From Octopus vulgaris (Eukaryota), in assembly GCA_951406725.2 (NCBI GenBank), contig OX597831.1, forward strand, positions 47,306,001 through 47,370,000: 64,000 nt of DNA. The letters run 5' to 3'. Shown here one piece after another: positions 38,589 through 51,950 of the stretch. The notes below the pieces were generated by a model. That model did no database searches, was not told where the DNA came from, and saw nothing but the letters and a program-made list of their open reading frames with translations. The translations under genes and the position numbers were made by a program. Numbering within the stretch: the stretch's first letter is position 1; each line of letters opens with the position of its first letter.

Positions 38589-40109
38589 TCTCCTTCTTTC
38601 TTTCCTTTCCTGAGTATCCAATAGCACTATACTTATTCCATGTCCTCACGTTGTTGTGTTTTCTCTTTGTTCGTGTTTGGATTAACTATGTATACATTAT
38701 AAGCTTTCTTACAGGATCTGTGTGCCAAATTTCACTGCTCAACTTGAAACTATGGTAGAAAGTATTATTTCCCTTAATTACTATGAAGTGAGATTGAACT
38801 GCCAGCCACATGGGTACAATGCAAACTTCGTTAATCACACACCCATTAATGAGGTGTGAATGTGAATGAAATGCTAACAATATTGCATATTCAGTATTGT
38901 ATATAGTATTAAATGTTGGTTTCAAATTTTAGCACAAGACCAGCAATTTCAGGGAGAGAGGTAAGTTGATTACATCAACCCTATTGCTCAACTGGTACCT
39001 ATCTTATCGACTGAGAAAGGATGAAAGGCAAAGCAAACCTCTGCAGGATTTGAACTCAGAGCATTAAGCCAGATGAAATACCGATTTTTTTATTACCCAC
39101 ATGGGGCTAAACATAGAGGGGACAAACAAGGACAGACATAGGTATTAAGTCGATTACATCGACCCCAGTGCGTAACTGGTACTTAATTTATCGACCCCGA
39201 AAGGATGAAAGGTAAAGTCGACCTCGGCGGAATTTGAACCCACAACGTAACGACAGACAAAATACGACTACGCATTTCGCCCAATGTGCTAACGTTTCTG
39301 CCAGCTCGCAGATGAAATACCGTTAGCCATTTTGACCAGCATGCTAACAGTTCTGCCAGCGTGATACCTTAATATATAGTATTAAACATTAAAATGCTTT
39401 TCTTTAATGTACAATATTATGGCTACTGACAGTTTTGAGGTCAAGATCTATAAGCTGGCCATTCAATATCTTATCGACTCTGTCATTTCTTTTTGTTTAT
39501 TTATTTTATCTGACATATTTTGAATAACTGTGTCATTTGTTATAGATTCCCAATGGGTTAGGCTCTAGTTCACTGCATTTGTGTTACTGCATGTGACAAG
39601 GGTGTATCTGTGTAACTCTGGAGAAACAAATATCACAAAGTATTTTCAATGGACAGCACTAGTTTACTTCCCTTGCAATCGTTTACATCTTTTGCTGAGA
39701 CAAACCATTATCATTTAGAAACCAGTTTTTCCTGCTTGCATAAATCAGTTGGAGTTTGTTGAGGTTGGATGCTCTTCCTGTTGCCCACCCTCACCTATTT
39801 CCCAGCAAGATAGTGTTTTTCCATAACTAGCCATGTTTTTCATGAAAGACTGGAAATAAATAAGCTCACTCGAATACTGATGATGCTTATTTACAAGCAA
39901 CATGGACTGTCTAGGCAAGGGAGCAGATGTACACACACACACACACATACACACAAGCACACACACACACATGCACACACACACACACACACACACATTT
40001 TTAATTAGAAGCAACTGTAATAATTTAAGCGTTAATAATGACACATAGTTAATGTATGCAGTTAGTTTTTAAAATTATTGGCTTAAGGATTCATCCAGAT
40101 AAAAAGATA

Positions 40110-40440
40110 AAGACCCCCTTTGATCATGAATAACTATGGGATTGCACCTAGAAAGTCCCCCTCAGAGGCACAAGTCCAGGCAAGGTTGTTTATGGAAGAC
40201 CAGCAGTCACCCATGCATACCAGCCTCCTCTCTCCATGCCACTGATGTTGTCCAAAGGAAAGGCAAACGCTGTTACTACTTGGCATCAGTGACGTTGCAA
40301 CTCATTTCTACAGCTGAGTGAATTGGAGCAACTTGAAATAAAGTGTCTTCCTCACGAACACAACACACAGCCCAGTCTGGGAATAGAACTCACTAACCAC
40401 TGAGCCATGCCTGACACTCTGATCACTGAGCCATGCGATT
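40110..40440 (-). mobile_element. tRNA-derived SINE family D
   Basis: Matches 41235-41568 (-), 45990-46510 (+, with nested family B copy) and 12854-13113 (+). Confidence 0.8.
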
Positions 40441-41058
40441 TCACCCAGATAAATGTCCCTTTTAAACAGTTAGTGTTTATGTGCTTATTGGCTGGATGAT
40501 TTGTTTCATCTGGGTTGCAGTTTCCAATGTTTTTTAACATTCGGCATCTCAAAGGGATGTTTCCTTGGGCACAATCATGCAGCAAACAAAACACAAACGT
40601 TATGTATGTGACGTTATTGTTTCTCCTTCACCTAACTCAGAACCACCTGCTGTTCATTTGGATCTGGAGTCTGTAGACAGCAGTGCAATAGATGCAGTGA
40701 GTGTACCCATGTGTGACCTTAATGAATCATTGTTTATTCAGTCAGCCACTGATGAATGAATGCATAACTGGCGAACAAATCTGTGTTTACTTCAGTGAGT
40801 TTGTATTTGTCATTATAAATTGATTATATATGATAGCGCTGATCTGACCTTGGTTCTTTCACTATTTAAATATCCGATTCTCTCGAATCCTGGAAATTTT
40901 TGTGGTAAGAAGCTTGCTTCCCAACCTCATGGTTGTGGGTTCAGTCTCAGTGTGTGACACCTTGAGCAAGTGTCTTCTACTATAGCCGTAGGCTGACCAG
41001 AGCCTTGTGAGTGGATTTGGTAGATGGAAACAGAAAGAAGCCTGTATAGTATAGATAT

Positions 41059-41117
<59 letters not shown>

Positions 41118-42170
41118 ATCTATGTGCATGTGTCTTTTGTCTGTGTTTTTCCCCCCACCATCTTGACAACCAGTATTGGTGTGTTTACATCCCCACAACT
41201 AAATGGTTTAGCAAAAGAGACAACAACTGAGCTGAGACCCCCCCCTCTTCGGTCATAGCTGACCGTGGGATTGCACCTAGAAAGTTACTCTCCAAGGCAC
41301 AAGTCCAGACAAGGTTGTTTATGGAAGACCAGCAGTCGCCCATGCATACCGGTTTCCTCCTCTCCACGCCACCAGCGTTATCCAAGGGAAAGGCAACGGC
41401 CGATACAGCTTGGCACCTGTGACGTCGCAACTCATTTCTAGAGCTGAGTGACCTGGAGCAATGTGAAATAAAGTGTGTTGCTCAAGAGCACAACACGCAG
41501 CCCAGTCTGGGATTTGAACTCACAACCTCACGATCGTAAGCTCAACACTCTAACCAGTGAGCCATGTGAACTATGACGATAATAATCCTTTCTCCTATAA
41601 GCACAAGGCCTGAAATTTGTGGGTGGGTGTAAGTTGATTATATTAATCCCAGTACTTGACTAGTTCTTATTTAATCAAACCTGAAAGGATGAAAGGTAAA
41701 GTCAACCTTGATGGAATTTGAAGACAGAACATAGAGATGGACAAAATACTGTTTAGGCATCTTGCTTGGTGTGCTAACAATGCTGCCAACTTGCCTTAAC
41801 AACAGCAGCAACAACAACAATAATAATAATGATAATAATAATTGTTAAAAATTATCGTAGGTTAACTATATCTCAAATCCAAAAGATTGTGTTAACCAGT
41901 ATTTCCCACATCCTTAGAAAAACCCTATCGTTTCTACTAAAGGCACAAAACCTGAAATTTTGCAGGAGTGGGTAAGTCAATGACATCGACCTCAGTCCAT
42001 ACCTGGTACTTATTTCATCGACCCTGAAAGGATGAAGGGCAAAGTTGACCTTGGTGGAATTTGAACTCAGAACGGGAAGACTGACAAAATGCTGCTAAGC
42101 ATTTGCCTGGCATGCTAATGCTTCTGCCAGCTCTCCACCCTTTAATAATAATAATAATGATAATAATAAT

Positions 42171-43563
42171 TGGAAGTGTCATCATGTACATTATTTTGTC
42201 TTGGTATAAAAGATGGGCTACAGCAAATATTCTGCTCAATACCACAGATTTGCTTGTCAGTTGTTTGACCATAACCAGTTGAGCATGTCCCTTAGTGGCT
42301 GACGATATGTGCATCTCTGATCACGAGCAGAAGTAGTGGGGGAGCATCATAGCCATGTGTTGAGAGGGATTCTTTGGGGTTTGAATAATTCACCTCTGGA
42401 AACATGGGTGGTTCTTTCAACATCCTTAAACAACCCTTATTCAGGACCTTTTGAGCGGGATGGGCTACTCAACCTGAAGAAAATTCTAAATGGGCCCCAC
42501 CCGCAAGGTCATGTGTTGTTTATCTTGATATGAGATCACCATGTCGCGCACATATGGTTGTGATGCATGTGCCTGGTGTACCCTTATCAGACGGGTAGTC
42601 ATGATGGGTATATTGGGCTTCGTATATTTTACCCCAGTGTCACTTTGATGGCATGCACTGCTCTCTCACTCAATAATAATAATAATAATAATTCATTCTA
42701 CTTTAGGCAGAAGGCCAGCAACTTTTTAAGAGAGAGAACTAGTTGATTACATAGGGCTCAGTGCTTGACTAATATTTATTTCATTGGCATACCGGGTGAA
42801 ACGCTTAGCGGTATTTCATCTGTCTTTACATTTTGAGTACAAATTCCGCCAGGGTTGACTTTACCTTTCATCTTTTCGAGCTTGATAAATTAAGTACAAG
42901 TTGTGCACCAGGGTCGATCTAATCGACTACCCCTCCTCCCCCAAAATTTCGGGCCTTGTGCCTAAACTAGAAAAGAATAATGCCCTGTTGTAGTACCAGA
43001 CACTGGCTCTCATGGCTTCTGATCTTAATTCATTAGAAGTGTTATCATGTACATTGTTTTTTCTTTGGTATAAAAGATGGGCTACAGCAAATATTCTGCT
43101 CAGTATCATAGATTTGCTTGTCACTTGTTTGACCATAACCAGTTGAGCATTTCCTTTATTGGCTGACAATATGTGCATCTCTGGCCACAAGCAGAAGTAG
43201 TTGGGGAGCATCATAGCTATGTTAAAATGAATTCTCTGGGAATTTAATAATTTGTTTCTGGAAACATGAGTGTTTTGTTCAACATCCTTAGACAACCCTT
43301 ATTCAGTGACCTTTTGAGTGGGATGGGCTATTTGACATGAGGAAAATTCTAACTGGGCCCTACCTGCAAGGTCATGTGCTGTTTATCTTGATATAAGATC
43401 ATCATGTTGCGCACATATAGTTGTGATACATGTGCCTGGTGTACCGTTATCAGACAGGTTGTCATGATGGGTATAATGGGCTTCGTATTTTTTATCCAAG
43501 TGTCACTTTGATGGCATGCACTGCTCTTTCACTCAATATTAATAATAATAATAATAATAATAA
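42171..43563 (+). mobile_element. Two copies of a ~520-580-bp retroelement 3' end with (AAT)n tail (42171-42691, 42981-43563)
   Basis: Direct repeat (GGTATAAAAGATGGGCTACAGCAAATATTCTGCTCA..CACTTTGATGGCATGCACTGCTCT), different 5' truncation points, both end in (AAT)n. Confidence 0.8.
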
Positions 43564-43566
43564 TGT

Positions 43567-43802
43567 ATACGTAAAATACTGTCTGTGTAATCTCAAATTT
43601 TAAAACAAACACAATTTTCTTATGGTTTCTTAAACATTCTCAAGAACAACACTATGTACAAAACCAAATATACGGTACCCTAGGCATAATACCAGCATGA
43701 ACTTCTAACTTGTCTCTTGAGGTCGCTGGGTGAGACTTGAAACCTACTTGTACGATTGCAAAGCAAAAGTCAAACATAAAATAATAATAATAATGATGAT
43801 GA
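43567..43802 (+). mobile_element. R4/Dong-like LINE 3' end
   Basis: Begins IRKILSV-stop (pattern of the R4/Dong ORF end), ~190-bp UTR, (AAT)n tail, inserted in (TAA)n. Confidence 0.55.
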
Positions 43803-46800
43803 TAGCCACAAATATGCAATAGAGGTGAGAATTTATATTTTGGAGTCTGAATTTCAAACCTGTAATTTTTAAATTCTGGATATGAGGCGCAGGAGTGGCT
43901 GTGTGGTAAGTAGCTTGTTTACGAACCACATGGTTCTGGGCAAGTGTCTTCTACTATAGCCTCGGGCCGACCAAAGCCTTGTGAGTGGATTTGGTAGATG
44001 GAAACTGAAAGAAGCCCGTCGTATATATATATATATATATATATGCGTGTGTGTGTTTGTGTTTGTTCCCCTAGCATTGCTTGACAACCGATGCTGGTGT
44101 GTTTATGTCCCCGTTACTTAGCGGTTCAGTAAAATAGACCGATAGAATAAGTACTGGGCTTACAAAAGAATAAGTCCCGGGATCGAGTTGCTCGATTAAA
44201 GGCGGTGCTCCAGCATGGCCACAGTCAAATGACTGAAACAAGTAAAATAGTAAAAGCGTATGTATTATTAATGACTATCTCAAGAGTACAGCTAAACTAT
44301 CTAAAGTATACTCCAGAATTATATATGTCATTAAAGCACACATTAAAATGGTGCTATAATCTATGTGTCTCTCTATATATACATATTATCCCAAAACTTA
44401 CTATGTATTTTCACACATAAAAATTCATTCAGTATGCTCAACCATTTGTATCTGAGATGTAGGACAATATTTGTTCTGTGAAATGTTGCCACCCACATAT
44501 TGATACATGACACTCCTTTCCTCATGATCTTAGAAAATCTTGTTAATATTTAATATTAAAAGAATTTATTGAATTCATACCTTGACCGAATAATTTCAAA
44601 ACACAAATGATTTGCGAATTTCATCTTGAATGAGGTATATTGAATGCAGCATTTCTGTCTGAATTGAATGAATGCCTCACAGAGATACAGGTGTGGCTGT
44701 GTGGTTAAGGTGTTTCCATTGCAACTAGATGGTTTGGGGTTCAGTCCCACTGCGCAGCACTTTTAGCAAGTGTTTTTTTTTACTATAGCTCCCCGTTGAC
44801 CAATGTCTCGTGAGTGAATTTTGTAGATGGAAATGTGTGGAAGCCTGTCATGTATATAAGTGTGTGTGTGTTTGTGTTGTCCTCCCACTGTTTGATAACC
44901 GGTGTTGGTTTACTCTTTTACCTGTTTCAGTCATTTGACTGTGGCCATGCTGGAGCACCGCCTTTAGTCGAGCAAATCGACCCCAGGACTTATTCTTTGT
45001 AAGCCTAGTACTTATTCTCTCGGTCTCTTTTGCTGAACTGCTAAGTTACGGGGACATAAACACACCAGCATTGGTTGTCAAGTGATGTTGGGGGGGGGGG
45101 AGGGCCAAACATATACACACATGTACATATATAGATATATATACATATATTCGACGGGCTTCTTTCAGTTTCTGTCTACCAAATCCACTCACAAGGCTTT
45201 GGTCGGCCCGAGGCTATAGTAAAAGACACTTGCTCAAGGTGCCACGCAGTGGGACTGAACCTGGAACCATGTTGCTGGTAAGCAAGCTACTTACCACACA
45301 GCCACTCCTACGCCTGTAATTTAGCAGATCAGTGAAAGTGACTGATAGAATAAGTATCAAACCTTAAAAAAAAAAAAAGGTAATAGTAATAATAATAATA
45401 ATAATATGTAGCAGGGTCAGTATGTTCAACCAAACCCCTCATAGTGGTACCCCAGCTTGGCCACAGTCCAATGACTGAAGTAAAAAGTGAAAGATAAAGA
45501 AAAAAACATAATCAGTGAATTGAACTCTATTCAGGGAAACCTCTCAGAATCATTGTTGTTGATGGTAATTGAGGTTACCAAATACTTACATCACAGGAGA
45601 TGCCCAGCCCATTAATGATACCGGTACAGTAAGAAATGAGGGTGCATGGCCTTTTGGTTAAGGTATTGCACTCACAGTCACAAGATTATGGTTCTGATTC
45701 CTAGACTGGGCCGTGCATTGTGTTCTTGAGCAAAACTTTTCATTTCATGTTGCTCTGTAATCACTTTGACTTTTGATGTGCAGAGCATGGTGCACCTGTA
45801 TAGGCAATTTCATGGAGGAAGTTAGTCAACGTACAACACAAGCATTTGATTCCTATAAACAAATCATCTGTGAAAAGATGTTCAAGAAGAAATTACAGAA
45901 CCCTTATTTGTCATCTATGATAAGAGCCCATAATAGTATGATAAACATTGTACAAGAGTTAGTACTTTTACACATGTATACATCCTCTTGTGAAGGCACA
46001 AGACTCAGTGGTTAGAGCATCGGGTTCACAACCATGAGGTAGTGAGTTCGATTCCTGGACTGGGCTGTGTGTTGAGCAAGACAATGTATTTCATGTTGAT
46101 CTAGTTCACTCAGCTGTGGAAATGAGTTGTGCCATCACTAGTGCCAAGGTGTATTGCCTTTGCCATTCCCTTGGATAAAATCAGTGGCATGGAGAGGGGA
46201 GGCTGGCATGCATAGGTGACTACTTGTCTTCCATAAACAACCTGGACTTATGGCGAGCAGGCAGAATCGTTAGCACGCTGGGCGAAATGCGTAGCCATAT
46301 TTCGTCTGCCGTTACGTTCTGAGTTCAAATTCCGCCGAGGTCGACTTTGCCTTTCATCCTCTCGAGGTCGATAAATAAAGTACCAGTTTCGCACTGGATC
46401 GATGTAATCAACTTAATCCCTTTGTCTGCCCTTGTTTGTCCCCTCTATGTTTAGCCCCTTGAGGGCAGTAAAGAAATATATATTTCAGAGGGTAAATTTC
46501 TAGGTGCAAACTGAAGGGGAGTCTTTCTACTTTTACATCTTCTTGATACCTGATGTTAAGATTTTGGATAGGAGCTCTCAGGTACTTTGCTACCAACCTA
46601 TGATCATTTTTATGTTTTTATATCTTCTGTTTAATGAGAGACTGCAATTCAAGTGACTATATATTAAATGATTTTATTAATTCATTAACTAAGGTATAAT
46701 TGAGGAAACATTGATGTTAAGGAAATCCTTTACAGTTAGAATGCCTGACTTCTTCATCCGTGATTCAGTGTGAATATTTAAATACTTTTTGTATACCAAC

Positions 46801-46873
46801 ATTTTAAAATTTAAATTTTTGATGCTGTTTACTGCTGATTTGCTTATCTTTCTTCAAGTAAATATAACATAGA

Positions 46874-47314
46874 CTAGCTATTTTGACCCATGCTTTGCTT
46901 GGGTTTTGGTGGTGGTGTTGTTTTGTGCGTGTTGTCTCCTTTTCCCTTTCTTCTTTTGTTCGTCTTCTTTGCCTGGTCGCTTTCCAAAATCCCCCAAATT
47001 TTTACACCCACAATAAAAGATAACTGCCTGTAGCCCCTGCAGCAACACGAAAAGCCCCCATTATTCAAACAGCACAAACTGTCTATCCCATAAAACTCAA
47101 TTTTTCCCATATTCTTCACCATGGCAACCAAACGGTAGCCCCAAGCGACTTGCAACCCTCCTCACACCATTGCCTACCCCATTTTTCCCCCCAGTGTAAA
47201 TTTTGGCGCCAATCCGACCCCATCTACTGCCCCATAAATCGTTCCCATCCCAAAATGAGACAAATAACCAAGAAATCAAACAACTTTTTCACATTTCAGC
47301 TTTATAGATATTGA
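46874..47314 (-). mobile_element. Non-autonomous Helitron (second family)
   Basis: Minus strand: A|TC start at 47314, imperfect hairpin ACCCAAGC-AAA-GCATGGGT, CTAG|T end at 46874. Confidence 0.75.
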
Positions 47315-47806
47315 TTAAGCTTAGGTGTGACTGCTGAAGGGAGAAATATAAGAATGTTTGTGCATTTATAAATAGGAAAGAGTATTTTTTATGTTTTTAT
47401 AGTAGAGATAGCATTTGAGATTTTCAGCTTGATCGCATTAACGATTTTGAGGCCAACCCAACTGTAACACCACACCCCTCTGGTTCTGTGAATCAAAGTA
47501 CATGTTTTAATATGATCTAAATTAAAATCTTCCGTTAAATTTCATGTTAATTTATATTCCAAACATCAGCTTAATAATAAGAAAGTTATTTTACTAAATT
47601 CTTCATTATTTAAAAAATTAATTGCAATTAAAGGCAGTGTATTTCAACAGAAATATTCTAACTAAAGGGTTGACATGCTGATTCCATTTAATTTAAGCAT
47701 TTATTAATGGATGAGCTGTAATATCACTTCCCCATATATTTTCTATTTTTATATTACTCATAGTTGGTGTGTATGTAATAGTTTTAATAATGTATATATT
47801 CCATCT

Positions 47807-48192
47807 GTGGAGGTGCAATGGCCCAGTGGTTAGGGCAGCGGACTCGCAGTCATAGGATCGCGGTTTCAATTCGCAGACCGGGCGTTGTGAGTGTTTATTG
47901 AGCGAAAACACCTAAAAGCTCCACGAGGCTCCGGCAGGGGATGGTGGTGATCCCTGCTGTACATTTTCACCACAACTTTCTCTCACTCTTACTTCCTGTT
48001 TCTGTTGTACCTGTATTTCAAGGGGCCGGCCTTGTCACTCTCTGTGTCACGCTGAATATCCCCGAGAACTACGTTAAGGGTGCACGTGTCTGTGGAGTGC
48101 TCAGCCACTTACACGTTAATTTCACGAGCAGGCTGTTCCGTTGATTCGGATCAACCGGAACCCTCATCATCATAACTGACGGAGTGCTTCCC
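47807..48192 (+). mobile_element. Chimeric SINE: family F head with family E 3' part
   Basis: 5' ~170 bp match reverse complement of 34905-35076; from GTACCTGTATTTCAA onward matches 9527-9712 and 34067-34250. Confidence 0.8.
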
Positions 48193-49699
48193 ATATTTCA
48201 TCATCATCATCATCTTTAATGCCTGTTTTCCATGCTCGCATGGGTCAGACAGTTTGACAGGAACTGACAAGTGAGAGGATCGCACCAAGTTCCAATGTTT
48301 ACTTTGGCATAGTTTCTACAGCTGGATGTCCTTCCTGATGTCAACCACTCCACAGAGTGTACTAGTTGCTATTTACATGGTACCAGCACTAGGAAGGTTA
48401 CCAAGTTAGTCATTTGTAATGGACTATTAAGTCCAGTAATTGTAGAACTGAGGTAAGAGGTTTAATACCTTGTTTTGTTTTTTGTTTTTTTTTGTTTTGA
48501 AAAAAAAAAAGAAGAATGTTTTAGAGAAGCAGAAGATCGGCGGGCGTCTTTTGCCTTCTCCCATTCATACCATCCTTTTCATCACTCATTTCATTAATGT
48601 TTTTTGTCCAGCCCACAAACTACTCCCTCTGTGTAAGGCCTTCATGGCCAATAAAATGAAATGAAATAAAGTTAGTCATCTGAGTAGAGGGGAGTAGAAT
48701 TGAGGAAAGTAGCTTTATACCAGATGATGAAATGTTAGAGTATGATTGGAGGACAGGAACAGATATCTTGCAGTTGGGGAGATACATGGTTACCCTAGTT
48801 GGAAGAGAAGGGGGATGGTGGGGGAAGATATGCCAGGGCATACCCTCAGGGCACACAAACGTGAATAACTAGAAGTGGCGTAGGTGACCAGTTAAGTAAT
48901 ATATTTTTAGTTTGTTTTTATTTTAATTTTCGGAATTACGGAGATGTACTTGCATAGCAAGTGACATGATGCAGAATGGAATTTTGTCACAGTCTCAAAG
49001 TGACAAAAATATTTTGGTAAATTAAATTTAAATGTCGAAGTGAATCTAATGGTTTTTGTGTGTTTTTAAATGGCTTATAAACACCTTCCATGCTGCAATT
49101 GTTTTATTTTGGTGTTCTATGCTAATTTGACAAATTAAACCTGTCTGGCTTACCAATCGTTTGGATACCAACTCACCTGCAACCACCTTTTTAAGTGATC
49201 TGAGGATAAATACAAATATCTTGAAACCGTACAGTCTGGTGGTCCCATCGTCTGTTAGAAGACAGTCAGGGTTCACTCCCCTGCTTGCAGTATGTATCGG
49301 GTGCAAATTGCATTGACAACCAGCTGGAAGGATCTCCTCCTGGGTTAAAAACAGTAGTAACATTTGTTCCTATGGGACAGCCATGTTGAAATAGCAATAA
49401 ACATTACTTCTTAGTATAGTTACTACTTTCATATCTTATAGAGATTTTCTAACGAGCTACTTCGATTAAATTAAAATCTTCCATCAAAATTTCATGTTAA
49501 TTTATGTTCCAAATACCAGCTTAAAAAGGGCAAAAGCTATTTTGATAAATTCTTCACTATTTCAAAAATTAACTGAAGCAAATGCTGTGTATTTCAACAG
49601 AAATATGGTAACAAAAAGGTTAATTTATATGCTGTTCAGTTTTCTAAAAAAAAAAAAAAATCGTTTTCATATCACACTATGGGATGAAGTTATATCATT

Positions 49700-50082
49700 T
49701 GTGTAAAACAGAGTCAGGGCTGACAAGAGAAAAGACTTCAAGTACAACTGCTATTTACAACTGGTTTATTTACAAGAAAGGTGAAGTGTGCTGCTCTCAG
49801 CTACCATCTTAAGCTCTGATAGTGTGGATGCATTGCCTCTGGAGATAGACAGGCACAAAACCTCAGCCAGTGGTGGTGATCAGCCAGTGCTGCTGTGTAG
49901 TGGCGTCGAAGAAGAGAAATTTGAAGAGAGTTTTCCCTTTATATAGTTTTTTCCACAACTAGCCTCGTTGTGATCTCGTGCATGGCAAATGGATGCAGGT
50001 GAGGTCTCACTCCAGTCTTGGAGATGGCAATGACTGCTGCAAGATCTCATCCAATATGGCACTGGCTGCTTGTGCTGCTACA
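49700..50082 (-). mobile_element. Possible solo LTR
   Basis: TGT..ACA ends; minus strand has TATATAAA then AATAAA in LTR order; target duplication imperfect (CATT/AATT). Confidence 0.45.
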
Positions 50083-50287
50083 AATTAAAAGGAATGCTAA
50101 GACTGTTTGTGTTTTATTATTTGGAGATGGAGAAACAATGGGTTAAAACCTGCTGAGGATCATAGCAACTGATAATCTCTCCATGGCAAACAAACAACCT
50201 GGAAGGGGACATGGAAGATTTTAAGCTTCTATAGAATAATTTAACCGAATAAAATACCAGTTGAATTCTGGGGTTGATTTAATATAG

Positions 50288-50472
50288 GGAAAGTTTATGA
50301 AAAAAACAAAAGACAAAGACAGGTGGTGTACAAAACAAACAGATGTATCAGTATAATGCTCAGGAATAGAAAAAGTATTTTACGTTTCAAGCCTACGCTC
50401 TTCTACAGAAAGGGACACAGAAAAAACAAGGAGAGAGAAAAATGTGTGTAGTGGCTAACGATTTATCATGGC
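50288..50472 (-). mobile_element. Hammerhead-bearing short element, variant core
   Basis: Minus strand 50411-50378 reads TTT-CTGTAGA-A-GAGC-gtag-GCTT-GAAAC-GTA-AAA, followed by TTCCTGAGC as in the 8.0 kb copy (TTCCTGAG in the 38.5 kb copy). Confidence 0.65.
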
Positions 50473-50814
50473 GACTGAATTAATAGTCCTCTACTGCAGT
50501 GTTTCACATAGTGAGGGGTATACTGCAAAGACTTAAAAAGATGGTGGGCAAACTGCAAGGTGTGATAAAACTAAGATGGTTTTTAAACTTTTTAAACCTG
50601 TCAAATGCCACAACAAAGAAATAATTACATGGTTGCAAACTCTGTTTTGTCTTTTCATTGATAAACAGTGGGAGGGGCCTAAAGTTTCACTAAGTTCTTT
50701 TTTTCTTTTTCTTTTTTTTTTTCTGGTGGGGGGGCCCTGATATTTGTCAGTTTAAGAACCACTACTGTAAAGCATCCTAAAACTGAGTGGAATTTCTACA
50801 ATTGAAGAGTTATG

Positions 50815-50932
50815 ATTACTGGGCGGTCAAATATGAAGAGTGAAATCTGGTTTGTATGCACCGGAAAGCATTGCAGACGTTAGAAAGAATAGATTCGACT
50901 GTTAAAATGGCGTCATCATGTGATCCGTATGT
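50815..50932 (+). promoter_or_regulatory. Candidate promoter and short first coding exon (ATG 50907, MASSCDP, donor at 50927)
   Basis: GGGCGG, CCGGAA and AAAATGGCG (Sp1-, ETS-, YY1-like) clustered; ATG followed 20 nt later by GTATGT; no downstream exon identified. Confidence 0.35.
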
Positions 50933-51065
50933 TGACAATTTACATGCTTGTTTCCATAACTAATATTTTTGATTTATGTTCTTTATTTTATTTTGCTCCT
51001 GAAATCGTGTTATTCTATGTTGCATTCATTTCCCCCTACTTTTTTTTTTTTTTTTGGCTACTCAC

Positions 51066-51950
51066 TTGTCAGCCAGTTAAGAGATTCTCAAGTCGAATGT
51101 TGTTATAATGTAAGCAAGTTCTCTGCAGGACAGTTGTCTTTCGGACAGGAATTCTGTTTCGATAGATAAGTAAAAAAGAAGATCATGCAGATAACAGAGT
51201 ATCTGACTAAACTGCTTTGTAATTTTTAATTTCTTTTCTAATCTACTGAAATTAGTACGAGCGTCGTCCCATTCGACTAGAATCCTCTCATTGTTTACTT
51301 GCGTTTTCTTGCACTCGTCGACTTGCAGTTGTTGTTTAATAAGAGCATCAACTGCATTGCTCTCAGCAACCTTGAAGAGCTCTCGAGATGGCCATTGACA
51401 CAACAAGTCCTTTCTTCAGACCTAACTATAAAAAAAAAAAATAATAAAATGCTGTGCTGCGAAAAATTGAATACACTCCTCCTCTTGTGTCCCATCAAAC
51501 GAAATCACTTTTGTAGTTAGATGTTTATCACGTCACAAAGTAATAATAATCGTCGTATTATTTTGTTTTTTTTTCCCCGTTCGAAATAAAAATAGTAAAT
51601 ATTCGACATTTCTTCTACTGAGTATATTGCAAAAAACAACATTTTAGTAAGTTTTAATTCCTTGTTATCTTCATTGTAACTAGTTATTCTTCATCAAAGT
51701 AATGTGCCGGCTAATGTTGACAGGCCAGCATCAAAGTTTTTTTTTTGTAGCATTGTGCAGATGTGCTACCTGCGTAAAACTGGGCGTTAACACGTGTGTG
51801 TGCATTTCTGCAAAACTGGTGTTCTTACCTGCGTATTTCTGGAGATAATAACAAGTACATTCATGTTTGCTGAATCGCTTTCTTTCTATTTTAAACGCCA
51901 GCGAAATACGTTCCGTCATAAAACACCGATAACGAGGAGGGCGATAGAAT
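51066..51950 (-). ncRNA. Candidate spliced non-coding or 5'-UTR exons (about 51950-51829 and 51421/51425-51066)
   Basis: CAG|GTAAGA donor, T12-ATAG/TTAG acceptor and AA|GTGAGT donor in unique CpG-retaining sequence; no long spliced ORF. Confidence 0.4.

Noticed and set aside
47807-47885. tRNA-like sequences (also 9388, 33928, 35076)
   Set aside because: SINE heads continuous with SINE bodies; no clean acceptor stem seen.
49046-49363. 105-aa minus-strand ORF
   Set aside because: No recognisable domain; likely retroelement debris but unassignable by eye.
51077-51406. 109-aa minus-strand ORF
   Set aside because: TTG start, in-frame stop just upstream, no recognisable domain, not in frame with the candidate upstream exon.
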